From a virus, in IMG/VR virus record IMGVR_UViG_3300040771_000271, positions 21,236 through 85,235 of that record: a stretch of DNA of 64,000 nt, one strand, 5' to 3'. The position numbers and the translations under genes are program-made. Under the pieces are notes generated by a model. The model did not search any database. It was not told the DNA's origin and worked only from the letters and a program-made list of their open reading frames with translations. Shown one piece after another: positions 56,701-64,000 of the stretch. The stretch's first letter is position 1, and every line of letters starts with the position of its first letter.

Positions 56701-59316
56701 TATACAGAGAAGTTACAACTGCTATATCAAGAAGCCTCAACATTTTTTAAGAAAGAAAAAAACGAGGAAGAAGTTGAAGAAACAACAGAGAATACAGTTA
56801 ATCAAGCTTATAGAGATTCTTTAAAAGATTTAGGAATAAGAGGTATACAGGAACTTGATTTTATTAGAGAACATACAACTTCAAATGGCAAAGCAGACAT
56901 AGATTCAGCTAAAACATTTGTAAATATGTTACTTAAAGGTCAATTGGTGAATATACCTAAAAAATTTGAAAAACATTTTAGTTCTAACTACCCTAAAGAT
57001 TTAGAGGAAAGACAAATAGCTGTTTATAAAGATTTAGTAAAATATTCTCAAACAAAATTATTACCCTACTACACTAAATTTTCACCTGTAGGTTATGACA
57101 GTTTAATTCAAGAACTAGGAGAAGGGACTAAAAAAGTTTCTCAACTATTACAGGAAGTTTCAAATGGAGAATCTCCTTTAACTGTAACTCCAAATTATAG
57201 TTTCTTTGAAGCAGAGGAAAGAACAGATTTAAATGAGAAATACATTAAAAATTATGAAGGAGGAAGGTATCAATTTAAGGGAAATGATTTTAAAAGTTCA
57301 GAGTATGTAAATCTTTTTGCGCCAGATAAAAATAGAAACGCAACAAAAAATGAAAAACTATTTAAAGCTAGACAAGCCTTATTAGATTATCATAAAGAGT
57401 CCTTACAAGCAACAGACACTTTAAATCAACACAACTTATTTAAGCTACCTCAACAGAGTAAGTCAAGCCTTAGAAAAGTGGAAGCCTTTGCAAAACAACC
57501 TTCTTTTGGTAAAATTAGAGAGGGAATAAAAGATTCAGTAGGTTATAGAGAGGAAGACATAGCAACAGGTGAAGTTATAGAGGGAAGCGAAAAGTTTAAG
57601 GTCCAAGATATGAAAATTATACCTAAATACGGCTTTAGAGATTTAGCCAATCAGGATGACTTATCAGATGAACTTCTAACAAGCTACAGTTGGATGCATG
57701 AGCAAGGTATGTTATATAGAGCAAGGAAAGAGCATATAGGACAAGCTTTAATGTTGCAAAGTTCTGTTTTGAATGATACTTATTCAAATAAAGAAGCTGC
57801 AGCTACAGCAACTTTAAAGATGTTTAATTCTCACATGGATGAAGCCTATTTTGGAGTTAAGGAAGATATTGATTACAATATAAACTTTTTTAAGAATTAC
57901 AATATAAATGTTTCAAAACTTTTAAGAATATTTTCAACATTTGTAAGATTTAGAAACTTAGGTTTTGCAGTTATTTCTCCAGCAACATCCTGGATAACAG
58001 CTCAAAGTCAGTTTTATTTGGAGAATAAAGTAGGAGAGCATGTAGATATGACCTCCACTAAGATGGCTAATAAAGAGTTTAGAAAGTTAGCAGGAAAAGC
58101 TATAGCAGAAACGGGCGAAATAAATTCAAAAGCAAGGTTAAATATACTATTGGAAAATTTCTTAGTTTATAATAAAGCAGAGAGATTGAAAAACTCATCC
58201 TTTGGAAAGGTTATGAGAAATATGGTAAAACTACCTTATGCTACACACTCTATGGGTAACTTTCCAGTTATTCCTAGAATAGCTTTAAGCGTAATGTATG
58301 ATTACAGAATTGTAAATGGGAGTATTCAAAACTTTAACGAGTTTAAAAAAGCTAACCCAACATTATCAAGTCTAGAGCTTAAAAACACTTGGAATGCAAA
58401 TGAGCAAAATACCATGTATAATTTTATGCTTACAGATGATGGAAAGTTTAATTATGACAAAGCTAAAATGGAGGGCTTATTAAACAGATCTGGAGAAGAC
58501 TTAGAAAAGTATTTAAAGCTTAAAAACGAAGCAATCTATCAAAGAATTAGTTATGCAGTTCAGAATATAGATGGTCAAATGCCTGAAGAAGAGAAGAGCA
58601 TTTCGGCTCGTAACCTATTTTTACAGTTACTTACCGTTCACAGATCCTTCATTCCGATAGCCACAGCAAGGAGATTTAAAAATAAACATACTTCTTTAAT
58701 GTCAGGACAAGTTGAAGAAGGCTCTTACAGAACTTTAGGGAGATTTGTTAAAGGTTATTTTGAACAGTTTACTAAGGACGACGTAAAGAATTTAGGTAAG
58801 GATATAAAAACCTATTGGGCAGAATTTACTCAAGATGATGTTAATGCTAAAATGAACATGCAACGTAATGGTAAAGATTTTATAATGTTAAACCTTATAG
58901 CAGGGTTAAGTATTTTACTAGCTAAATTAGCTGATGACGAAGAAAATAAAGACGTTTTTTTAATACAGGCTGCAAATTATCTAATGCTCAGATTAACAAA
59001 TGAAACGGCATCTGTAGGTGTAGCTTTACCAGCAACATATTACGAAGTTGTGGAATCAAGTTTTGTTGGCTTAAATGTTATCCCTGATGTATTAGCTGTA
59101 ACAGATATCGGAAGCGATGAAATAGTTTCAAGTGGTAAATGGACTGGAGCTACAAAAAATCTTAGGTATTGGGGACGCAATACGGGATTGGTCAAGGAAT
59201 ATTTTAACCTCAAAAACGTGCAACGAGTAAAAGATCAATACATTTTAAATTCAGGTACATTTATGTATTTCACTCCAGCTTACCTATTATCAGAAGACAA
59301 GGAAGATAAGAAATAG
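53770..59316 (+). CDS. Giant ejection / cargo protein
   Basis: 1848 aa, helical, hydrophobic C-terminal segment; last gene of the virion block; single Cys at residue 3. Confidence 0.65.
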   Translation: MSCILEYNAQNKITGVKDAEGKTSALFNSIVSNPHLSVEQAVDIYKNSFSKKFKGEQLPIEYRNVNGEVFQNFKDALDSTSSGDIQGYSGDNLMFSIDSGSNPESLSGFLNSMIKEDVILGETLFDNGQKVIQVSGASEVMRAIKSQLFQDSSYGYIGINKIKRLSNGNFIILEEGQKELPKDYKTFEEELSADPMYRPYGDSKVIQDEVELPNEDNLKVQLLSLLNKLGVKTMGISEYISKYNIKNGVEPTAQALVDIANRVVAFQGGQIEVEDLTEETAHLIVEGWNSEEIENLLRNIHRTEEWAELSENYRDIYSKTYSGEELDKVLRKEILGKVLKNAIQSNFQTENKTETQQNFIERVRKLFQNFFTKVQALFKPQYISDLQSFNNQVVQLLQQDELQNYLSNEQLSTSKLTLYSVPNSSKDPMALQVAVAKKAIEILEITQNQLSKVSGITSSKEAVLRLKRNLDDIDEQNKIASFAGITASVKTQIKYLNKALKNNDKSKHPFSTEENVVYMTLLNQMRPILSEVGGLLELSKYNDRLIKAEIDQAIVGIQDLYGEVSKIDNYQVLENLVDDLAIKHNWSEDSKINYLKVAKAAKKDTNWAHAYFGSLNHAENPLLNLFGENIKKVTLQTYRYHANPTTDLLLTLESLGVSQKEVNSLRRGSFLIDEVDHQKVEDKVNEIELKAYNQFSGQATLDIKEYLIKKREGVLPDVPNDKFQEYREEVKDELNQYLERPFKDEYYTKKEALYEQENISLETRKWLSTISSDVASIYQRAKDESGTIVLTEDLKFNLEQIAKERAFAKSPYTTDGSYKRGLSGVIDSEGNLEIVIVGDTSEEASRAYELAKLDKIFLKDLQDNKKDKQGIPTKFIEEIEKLEAQGDFKGAFDYLKLNSYLGFNREFWDSLGGKESLMDRLSNVEGDNQQRAEELIFSIKELQSKRNNIIKGNRVLNQPSETDVERMSTSEKEYIKEYTEKLQLLYQEASTFFKKEKNEEEVEETTENTVNQAYRDSLKDLGIRGIQELDFIREHTTSNGKADIDSAKTFVNMLLKGQLVNIPKKFEKHFSSNYPKDLEERQIAVYKDLVKYSQTKLLPYYTKFSPVGYDSLIQELGEGTKKVSQLLQEVSNGESPLTVTPNYSFFEAEERTDLNEKYIKNYEGGRYQFKGNDFKSSEYVNLFAPDKNRNATKNEKLFKARQALLDYHKESLQATDTLNQHNLFKLPQQSKSSLRKVEAFAKQPSFGKIREGIKDSVGYREEDIATGEVIEGSEKFKVQDMKIIPKYGFRDLANQDDLSDELLTSYSWMHEQGMLYRARKEHIGQALMLQSSVLNDTYSNKEAAATATLKMFNSHMDEAYFGVKEDIDYNINFFKNYNINVSKLLRIFSTFVRFRNLGFAVISPATSWITAQSQFYLENKVGEHVDMTSTKMANKEFRKLAGKAIAETGEINSKARLNILLENFLVYNKAERLKNSSFGKVMRNMVKLPYATHSMGNFPVIPRIALSVMYDYRIVNGSIQNFNEFKKANPTLSSLELKNTWNANEQNTMYNFMLTDDGKFNYDKAKMEGLLNRSGEDLEKYLKLKNEAIYQRISYAVQNIDGQMPEEEKSISARNLFLQLLTVHRSFIPIATARRFKNKHTSLMSGQVEEGSYRTLGRFVKGYFEQFTKDDVKNLGKDIKTYWAEFTQDDVNAKMNMQRNGKDFIMLNLIAGLSILLAKLADDEENKDVFLIQAANYLMLRLTNETASVGVALPATYYEVVESSFVGLNVIPDVLAVTDIGSDEIVSSGKWTGATKNLRYWGRNTGLVKEYFNLKNVQRVKDQYILNSGTFMYFTPAYLLSEDKEDKK

Positions 59317-59337
59317 AATTTAAATCTTAAAATAATT

Positions 59338-59377
59338 AGCCTGTAAAAAGCCTCTTTGGTAATTTACAGGCTTTTTT
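59338..59377 (+). terminator. Rho-independent terminator ending the structural block
   Basis: AGCCTGTAAA/TTTACAGGCT 10-bp stem plus TTTTT. Confidence 0.85.
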
Positions 59378-59378
59378 C

Positions 59379-59409
59379 TTGTTTAATAGATTTATTATTG
59401 TTATCTTTG
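59379..59409 (+). promoter_or_regulatory. Host-type promoter TTG-N20-TATCTTTG
   Basis: Bacteroidota consensus directly after the terminator and before the small-ORF cluster. Confidence 0.7.
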
Positions 59410-59458
59410 TGTTTGAAAAGGCTGTTTTAATTTTATTCCCGCCAAAAAAACTAAAAAT

Positions 59459-60049
59459 ATGAAAGAGACAATATTAAAGAAAGCTTGGAAAATAACTGCA
59501 AAAGACTTGTTTGAACCTTGGTATTATGACGAAATTATAGTTTTGGCAGAAACAAGAGGAGAAGCCAGAAGTAAAGGATTATCCGAATTAATATATCAAG
59601 GGGCAACTATAGATGCAATTCATAAGTATCAAGATAACGAAATTAAATATATAGATGTAATAGCAACTCGAGATAAATATTCTGATGTAATACTATATGA
59701 AGGTAAAGAACTCAGACGTAGAGATTTAAAAAGCTATTTATGGTGTAAAGAAAGAGATGAAAGTGCAAGATTATTAACTATTTCTAATCCTCAAGATTTA
59801 GCTGTAGTTTACGCAGGTTGTTACGGACAATATTGGGGTGCAAATCATAGTGGCTATTCTTCAAACATATCATTTGCAGGAAAGTATACCACAGAAGAAG
59901 CTTACAAAATTGTGAGAGGAAGTAGCTATGATAGACAAGAGGCAGTCAGACTTTTAGATATAAAACAATTTAATTCAGAAATAGATTTAAAAATTTCCGC
60001 AAAAGAAACAGAAATAGAAAGATTAAAAACTTATAGACTCAATGGATAA
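59459..60049 (+). CDS. Hypothetical protein
   Basis: 196-aa ORF; YWGANHSGYS..AGKYTTEEA motif typical of small phage proteins. Confidence 0.7.
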   Translation: MKETILKKAWKITAKDLFEPWYYDEIIVLAETRGEARSKGLSELIYQGATIDAIHKYQDNEIKYIDVIATRDKYSDVILYEGKELRRRDLKSYLWCKERDESARLLTISNPQDLAVVYAGCYGQYWGANHSGYSSNISFAGKYTTEEAYKIVRGSSYDRQEAVRLLDIKQFNSEIDLKISAKETEIERLKTYRLNG

Positions 60050-60218
60050 ACAACAGATACAAAAACTAAAAAGACTTGGTATAAATACTGATAAAACTAC
60101 CATAGAAATATTTCAAGACTTAATCAACGTAGCTAGTCATTTATTTGATGAACTAGAAGTAAGAGAGAAAGAAAGATTTAAGATTGAGTTGTTTAGACAC
60201 AAAAAACCAACTAATTAA
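60042..60218 (+). CDS. Small hypothetical protein (58 aa, not in ORF track)
   Basis: MDKQQIQKLKRLGINT...KPTN; overlaps the previous stop and abuts the next ATG (TAAATG). Confidence 0.65.
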   Translation: MDKQQIQKLKRLGINTDKTTIEIFQDLINVASHLFDELEVREKERFKIELFRHKKPTN

Positions 60219-60566
60219 ATGAAAAAATATAAAAACTACATCTTTGTAGAATTACCAAACAGTCAAGAAGGAGTTAATGCGGATACTTCAGATGGATATT
60301 TAACTTCCACAAGTGGTGAAAGAGTAAAACTACCACATAAAAATTATACTCTACTAGGAATAGCAGATGAATGTATAAACGCACCTTATGCTGAAGCATT
60401 TTCTAAGGATATTGTAAGTGAAGGTAAAAATAGACTATACATGGATTATGAGCTAGGGGAACATCACTATGATTCAGCTAGTGACAGTTTTCAAACTTTG
60501 GCACGCAAATTAAATTTAAAACCAACAGATTATATTTTAAGAGATGAAAGTAGAGATAATATATGA
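60219..60566 (+). CDS. Hypothetical protein
   Basis: 115-aa ORF in a coupled operon. Confidence 0.65.
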   Translation: MKKYKNYIFVELPNSQEGVNADTSDGYLTSTSGERVKLPHKNYTLLGIADECINAPYAEAFSKDIVSEGKNRLYMDYELGEHHYDSASDSFQTLARKLNLKPTDYILRDESRDNI

Positions 60567-60693
60567 AGCGAAGTGTAAACATTGTAAGTGGTTTGATTAC
60601 CATTATAAAGGAAAAAGAAAACAACATAAATGTAACTTAACAGAAGAACCTTTAACTTTAAAAAGTAAAATCTGTGATAAATTTGAATTATAA
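60544..60693 (+). CDS. Small Cys-rich, possibly zinc-binding protein (49 aa, not in ORF track)
   Basis: MKVEIIYEAKCKHCKWF...KCNL...KICDKFEL; stop overlaps the next ATG. Confidence 0.65.
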   Translation: MKVEIIYEAKCKHCKWFDYHYKGKRKQHKCNLTEEPLTLKSKICDKFEL

Positions 60694-61112
60694 TGACAGT
60701 AGAGTTAAAAAAGACAAAAGTGACTAAATCGATTGTAATGCAATCGTTAAGAGCCAAAGACGAAAGATATTATAATCACTTTAATTATGATGTCTTAGGG
60801 TGGTGCTTAATTAGTGGTAAAAGACCCGAAAGATTAATTTTACTGTATAACAGAATTAAAAATAATATTCTTACTTTACCTTATACTAATAAACTCTCAG
60901 AAGATGAAATTACAAGTAGAGGTGAGCAAAGAGATGATGGAAAAGGAGGTTATATTTTTCCAATCATTTACCGTTTAAATATCTACCTTCCTGATTTACA
61001 TAAAAATAACTGTATTTTATGGAGTGATGATGAGAAAGAAGTAATTACTAAAAAAGATGAATTACACAATTTTTTAAGAGAAGTAGAAATTAAAGGGCAA
61101 ATCTATTTATGA
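60693..61112 (+). CDS. Hypothetical protein
   Basis: 139-aa ORF, coupled stop/start. Confidence 0.65.
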   Translation: MTVELKKTKVTKSIVMQSLRAKDERYYNHFNYDVLGWCLISGKRPERLILLYNRIKNNILTLPYTNKLSEDEITSRGEQRDDGKGGYIFPIIYRLNIYLPDLHKNNCILWSDDEKEVITKKDELHNFLREVEIKGQIYL

Positions 61113-61477
61113 GAACAGTTAGAATAGGAGTCTCAGGTTCACGTACAATCACAGATAAAGATTTTGTTTTTCAACAACTTGATTTTTATTTGAGCCGCCT
61201 TTTAAAAGATAACGAATGTATAATAGTTCACGGAGGAGCTAAAGGGTTTGATAGTTTATGTGAGCTATGGGCGCAAGAAAAAGGAATAAAGACAGAGATA
61301 TATTTACCCGATTATAAAAATAATAATCCAAAAGTAGCACCTATCTTAAGAAATCAAACCATAGTAGATAACTCAGACTATTTTATAGCAATGCAACAGT
61401 ACAACTCAAGAGGTACGCAAAACGCAATAAACAAAGCAATTAAAAGAGGATTACCAATTAAAATAATTACTATATGA
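61109..61477 (+). CDS. SLOG-superfamily protein (DUF2493 / YspA-like)
   Basis: IGVSGSR, IVHGGAKGFDSL, APILRNQTIV and SRGT motifs. Confidence 0.8.
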   Translation: MRTVRIGVSGSRTITDKDFVFQQLDFYLSRLLKDNECIIVHGGAKGFDSLCELWAQEKGIKTEIYLPDYKNNNPKVAPILRNQTIVDNSDYFIAMQQYNSRGTQNAINKAIKRGLPIKIITI

Positions 61478-61761
61478 AAGTAAAATGCAAAGTTAGAGAA
61501 ATAACAGAAAAAGAATTAGACTTAGAATACCCTTATTACTTATATTTTCAAGATGAGTTATGTCAAGATGAGCTTGTAAAAGTATATCCTAAATATCAAG
61601 TGATAGTTAAGTACGACTCTTTTGGTTTTAAAATTGAGTGTAACAGTAATACTTTTTACGAAGAGTATCAAATAATAAGTAATCTTACAAGTGAACAGCA
61701 TTTTGATGAAGTATTTGAGGAAGCTTTACAACAACTAGTAAAAATAAAAGCAGAACTTTGA
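61474..61761 (+). CDS. Hypothetical protein
   Basis: 95-aa ORF, coupled. Confidence 0.6.
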   Translation: MKVKCKVREITEKELDLEYPYYLYFQDELCQDELVKVYPKYQVIVKYDSFGFKIECNSNTFYEEYQIISNLTSEQHFDEVFEEALQQLVKIKAEL

Positions 61762-61845
61762 AAGAAAAACCGCCACAAGAAAAAACTAAAACAGAGTGCT
61801 TTAAATATCACTACAAAAAATGGATACATAACGGATACATAGAAA

Positions 61846-62112
61846 ATGAAAACAATAGCAACACATTACGCAAAATACAGAAGTAGAAGTATAGATGACG
61901 AGTCTTCCTTTAATGATTTTGAAGCAGGTTTTTTAGCCGCCAAAAAAGAATTCAATCGAATAGTACTAGACAGTCTAAATAAGTACAAATCTGAGCTCTC
62001 TCAAGAACAAACTCCTAAACTAGGACGTACAGATAACTTTGAAAAACAAGTGTATTACAAAGCTTGTATAGAGGTATTATTAAAACTAAAAAATAAATTA
62101 AATAAGTTATGA
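61846..62112 (+). CDS. Hypothetical protein
   Basis: 88-aa ORF; DFEAGF motif common in phage small proteins. Confidence 0.6.
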   Translation: MKTIATHYAKYRSRSIDDESSFNDFEAGFLAAKKEFNRIVLDSLNKYKSELSQEQTPKLGRTDNFEKQVYYKACIEVLLKLKNKLNKL

Positions 62113-62315
62113 GATGGACAAAAGTAAATGAAGAAGAATTTTATAACTTTTTAAAAGATAAAAATTACAGGGTAGCGCAAGGTGTATGGTTTCACGCAAC
62201 ATTTTATATAGATGCAGAAACAAAAGAGAGAATTGCATTTAAAGAGACAAGTGGTTATAATATGGACACAATATATGAAATAAAAAGAAACCCTCTAAAG
62301 ACTAACAATCTCTAG
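62109..62315 (+). CDS. Hypothetical protein
   Basis: 68-aa ORF, last of the + strand block. Confidence 0.6.
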   Translation: MRWTKVNEEEFYNFLKDKNYRVAQGVWFHATFYIDAETKERIAFKETSGYNMDTIYEIKRNPLKTNNL

Positions 62316-62325
62316 GGGGTTTTTT
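62284..62325. terminator. Bidirectional terminator at the strand convergence
   Basis: AAACCCTCTA/TAGGGGGTTT stem flanked by an A-run and a T-run where + and - ORFs meet. Confidence 0.75.
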
Positions 62326-62501
62326 AAATCAATAAGTAAATCATATCTCTCTCTTTTTAAGAGCTCTCTTTCTATGTCATCTTCAAATTGAATTGTATTT
62401 TGTAAGTTACCATGTTCATCTAAAAACTTCCAAGTCTTAAAATTTTCTAAAGATATTTCATCTAAAACCTTTTCTCTAATTTGTAAATATTCTATCTCCA
62501 T
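62295..62501 (-). CDS. Hypothetical protein
   Basis: 68-aa ORF, last of the - strand block. Confidence 0.6.
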   Translation of the reverse strand: MEIEYLQIREKVLDEISLENFKTWKFLDEHGNLQNTIQFEDDIERELLKRERYDLLIDLKNPLEIVSL

Positions 62502-62502
62502 T

Positions 62503-62820
62503 TTACCTTAATTCTTCATTTATATTAATTAAAAGACACAAAGCAAACCAAAACAAATGTACTCTCCAAGCTATAAGGTTAAAAAGATGACCATCATAAA
62601 AATAATTAACTGTAAAATTAGGTACATTAGAAATAAAATCTGTAAATCCACCAAAAAGAATAGAAAGCAGAGTACCAATAAAAACAGCAGTTAAATAAGG
62701 TACTAATACAAGACTATAAAGTTTTAAGCTCCACAATAATACATTATTTATTTTTTCCCAAGGTAAATCTTTGTAAGGTTCAAATAATATTGACCCTATA
62801 TTTTCAATTAATTTTTTCAT
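62503..62820 (-). CDS. Hypothetical membrane protein
   Basis: Two hydrophobic segments. Confidence 0.65.
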   Translation of the reverse strand: MKKLIENIGSILFEPYKDLPWEKINNVLLWSLKLYSLVLVPYLTAVFIGTLLSILFGGFTDFISNVPNFTVNYFYDGHLFNLIAWRVHLFWFALCLLININEELR

Positions 62821-63044
62821 TTCAAATCATCTTTTAAGTCATACCATCCAATTACATTTTCTAGTTGAAAAGACTCCCAATCTTGCCACTCTTTTTTACA
62901 AGGAATATACGTAGCTTTGGCAAAGAAAGTGTAATTCCCAACTCTGTATTTAACTAAAAGAGGTTTGCTACAAATTACTTCTCTTTCATCGTAGTAAGTT
63001 AACCCGCTTCTATCAGTGGGTTTTGTTGTTTTCCATTTTATCAT
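62817..63044 (-). CDS. Hypothetical protein (start at MIKWK preferred)
   Basis: ATG at 63044 sits 2 nt from the upstream stop. Confidence 0.55.
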   Translation of the reverse strand: MIKWKTTKPTDRSGLTYYDEREVICSKPLLVKYRVGNYTFFAKATYIPCKKEWQDWESFQLENVIGWYDLKDDLK

Positions 63045-63046
63045 AA

Positions 63047-63301
63047 TTAATAAGTTTTTATGTCTGCCGCCCAAAATAAATCATTTATATCACTTGAAGA
63101 TAATTCATTTGAGAATTCAAATAACATGTCAAATTCCTGTTGCATAGCTTCTTCACTGTGAAGCCTTAACATCATCCAACCTGAATCTATTTCAAGTTTA
63201 AATAAAGTAGGATTTTGTTTTATAAGTAATAATTTACCTAAGAACTTTTTCTCGTTAAATCTTTTAGCCAGTTCTTTCCATTCATCTTTAGTAAAATTCA
63301 T
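63047..63301 (-). CDS. Hypothetical protein
   Basis: 84-aa ORF in a tightly packed operon. Confidence 0.6.
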   Translation of the reverse strand: MNFTKDEWKELAKRFNEKKFLGKLLLIKQNPTLFKLEIDSGWMMLRLHSEEAMQQEFDMLFEFSNELSSSDINDLFWAADIKTY

Positions 63302-63303
63302 AA

Positions 63304-63531
63304 TTAATCTTTCACTTCAAAAGTTACAAAATCTACTCCAGCATCTTCTAATCTGTGTTCATTTCTAATTTTCCACAAAAAATAAGACTTAAAATCCTCC
63401 TCTAAATTATCAAGAACATTTTTAATATCTTCTTCTGATAAATTATAATAATTACTAATATGATTTACTTTAACTTTAAAATTTAGAGTAATATCATAAT
63501 CCCTGTCTACTGCGTAATGTCTGTTTGCCAT
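63304..63531 (-). CDS. Hypothetical protein
   Basis: 75-aa ORF in a tightly packed operon. Confidence 0.6.
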   Translation of the reverse strand: MANRHYAVDRDYDITLNFKVKVNHISNYYNLSEEDIKNVLDNLEEDFKSYFLWKIRNEHRLEDAGVDFVTFEVKD

Positions 63532-63533
63532 TA

Positions 63534-63842
63534 TTATTTTATTTCATTTTTAGTATCTAAAACTAACCAATAGTCTCCATCTCCAAAATCACTAGTAACT
63601 AAAGCTAATGTAATTTCTTCTCCTCTATGTATACCTCTTGTATCAGAGTGATAAATATCTCCTGTATCTTCTAATATGTCTTCTTTGGTTTCTGCCCAAT
63701 AAATACTATCATCATTTGAACAAGATTGCCAAAAATTATTAATATTAGATGTGTCAAGAGAATGATTCTCTACGTATCCATCATAACCTACGTGTTTTCC
63801 AATCTTATTACAAATCTCGTCAAATTCTTCTATTAATTTCAT
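63534..63842 (-). CDS. Hypothetical acidic protein
   Basis: 102-aa ORF. Confidence 0.6.
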   Translation of the reverse strand: MKLIEEFDEICNKIGKHVGYDGYVENHSLDTSNINNFWQSCSNDDSIYWAETKEDILEDTGDIYHSDTRGIHRGEEITLALVTSDFGDGDYWLVLDTKNEIK

Positions 63843-64000
63843 AAATATAATTTTTTAAAGGTTTCCAAAGGTATTATAGATACAATATCATGGTCAGTAT
63901 CTAAATGTTTATTTTTAAATACAGTTCCATCATTATTTCTAGTACCACTACCAAGTTGACCTTCATTTAAAACTCCATCTAAACACAAATATTCTATTCT
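63839..64000 (-). CDS. Partial hypothetical protein (runs off the window)
   Basis: Open frame ...RIEYLCLDGVLNEG...FKKLYL* with ATGA overlap into the next gene. Confidence 0.55.
   Translation of the reverse strand, partial: RIEYLCLDGVLNEGQLGSGTRNNDGTVFKNKHLDTDHDIVSIIPLETFKKLYL

Larger units (their letters stand above)
1..64000. other. Bacteroidota podophage genome segment with crAss-like virion gene order
   Basis: Portal, MCP, ring, muzzle and giant cargo genes in crAss-like order; lysis cassette; TAnnTTTG promoters; A-rich leaders without SD; dense phage-type coding. Confidence 0.9.

Noticed and set aside
61758-61886. Possible tiny TTG-start ORF in the gap before 61846
   Set aside because: Short, weak start, overlaps the next gene and has no recognisable motif; cannot be supported.
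1-64000. Stop-codon reassignment (TAG to Gln or TGA to Trp) as in some crAss-like phages
   Set aside because: Long genes are intact under code 11. TAG and TGA end genes normally (6702, 59316, 61112), and the gene splits involve TAA.

Overview
The window is a contiguous AT-rich bacteriophage segment with no tRNA, rRNA or CRISPR that I could see. It reads in standard genetic code 11. Positions 1-59316 (+) are the virion morphogenesis block of a podovirus with crAss-like (Crassvirales-type) gene order: portal, scaffold-like protein, major capsid, ring and auxiliary capsid proteins, a lysis cassette (holin, GH19 endolysin, spanin-like), tail fibres, ring and muzzle proteins, then giant internal (ejection) proteins. 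Positions 59459-64000 are small early-type ORFs on both strands converging on a bidirectional terminator. Bacteroidota TAnnTTTG promoters and A-rich leaders without Shine-Dalgarno sites point to a Bacteroidota host, plausibly Flavobacterium-like. All family calls come from motif recognition and gene order, not database searches. Top observations: (1) four ejection proteins totalling 4831 aa contain only six cysteines, all terminal and arranged head-to-tail, suggesting a covalently chained ejectosome; (2) a recurring [FYML]-x-x-G-G motif marks module boundaries in three cargo proteins; (3) ART-like, GNAT and transglycosylase effector domains are embedded in the cargo proteins; (4) a GIY-YIG endonuclease sits between a truncated tail lysozyme and a replacement hydrolase; (5) a conserved extended promoter TAAGYAATTTT-N20-TAnnTTTG; (6) duplicated CAA-rich leaders on two capsid genes; (7) a 6.6 kb inserted cassette whose largest gene starts at ATC.
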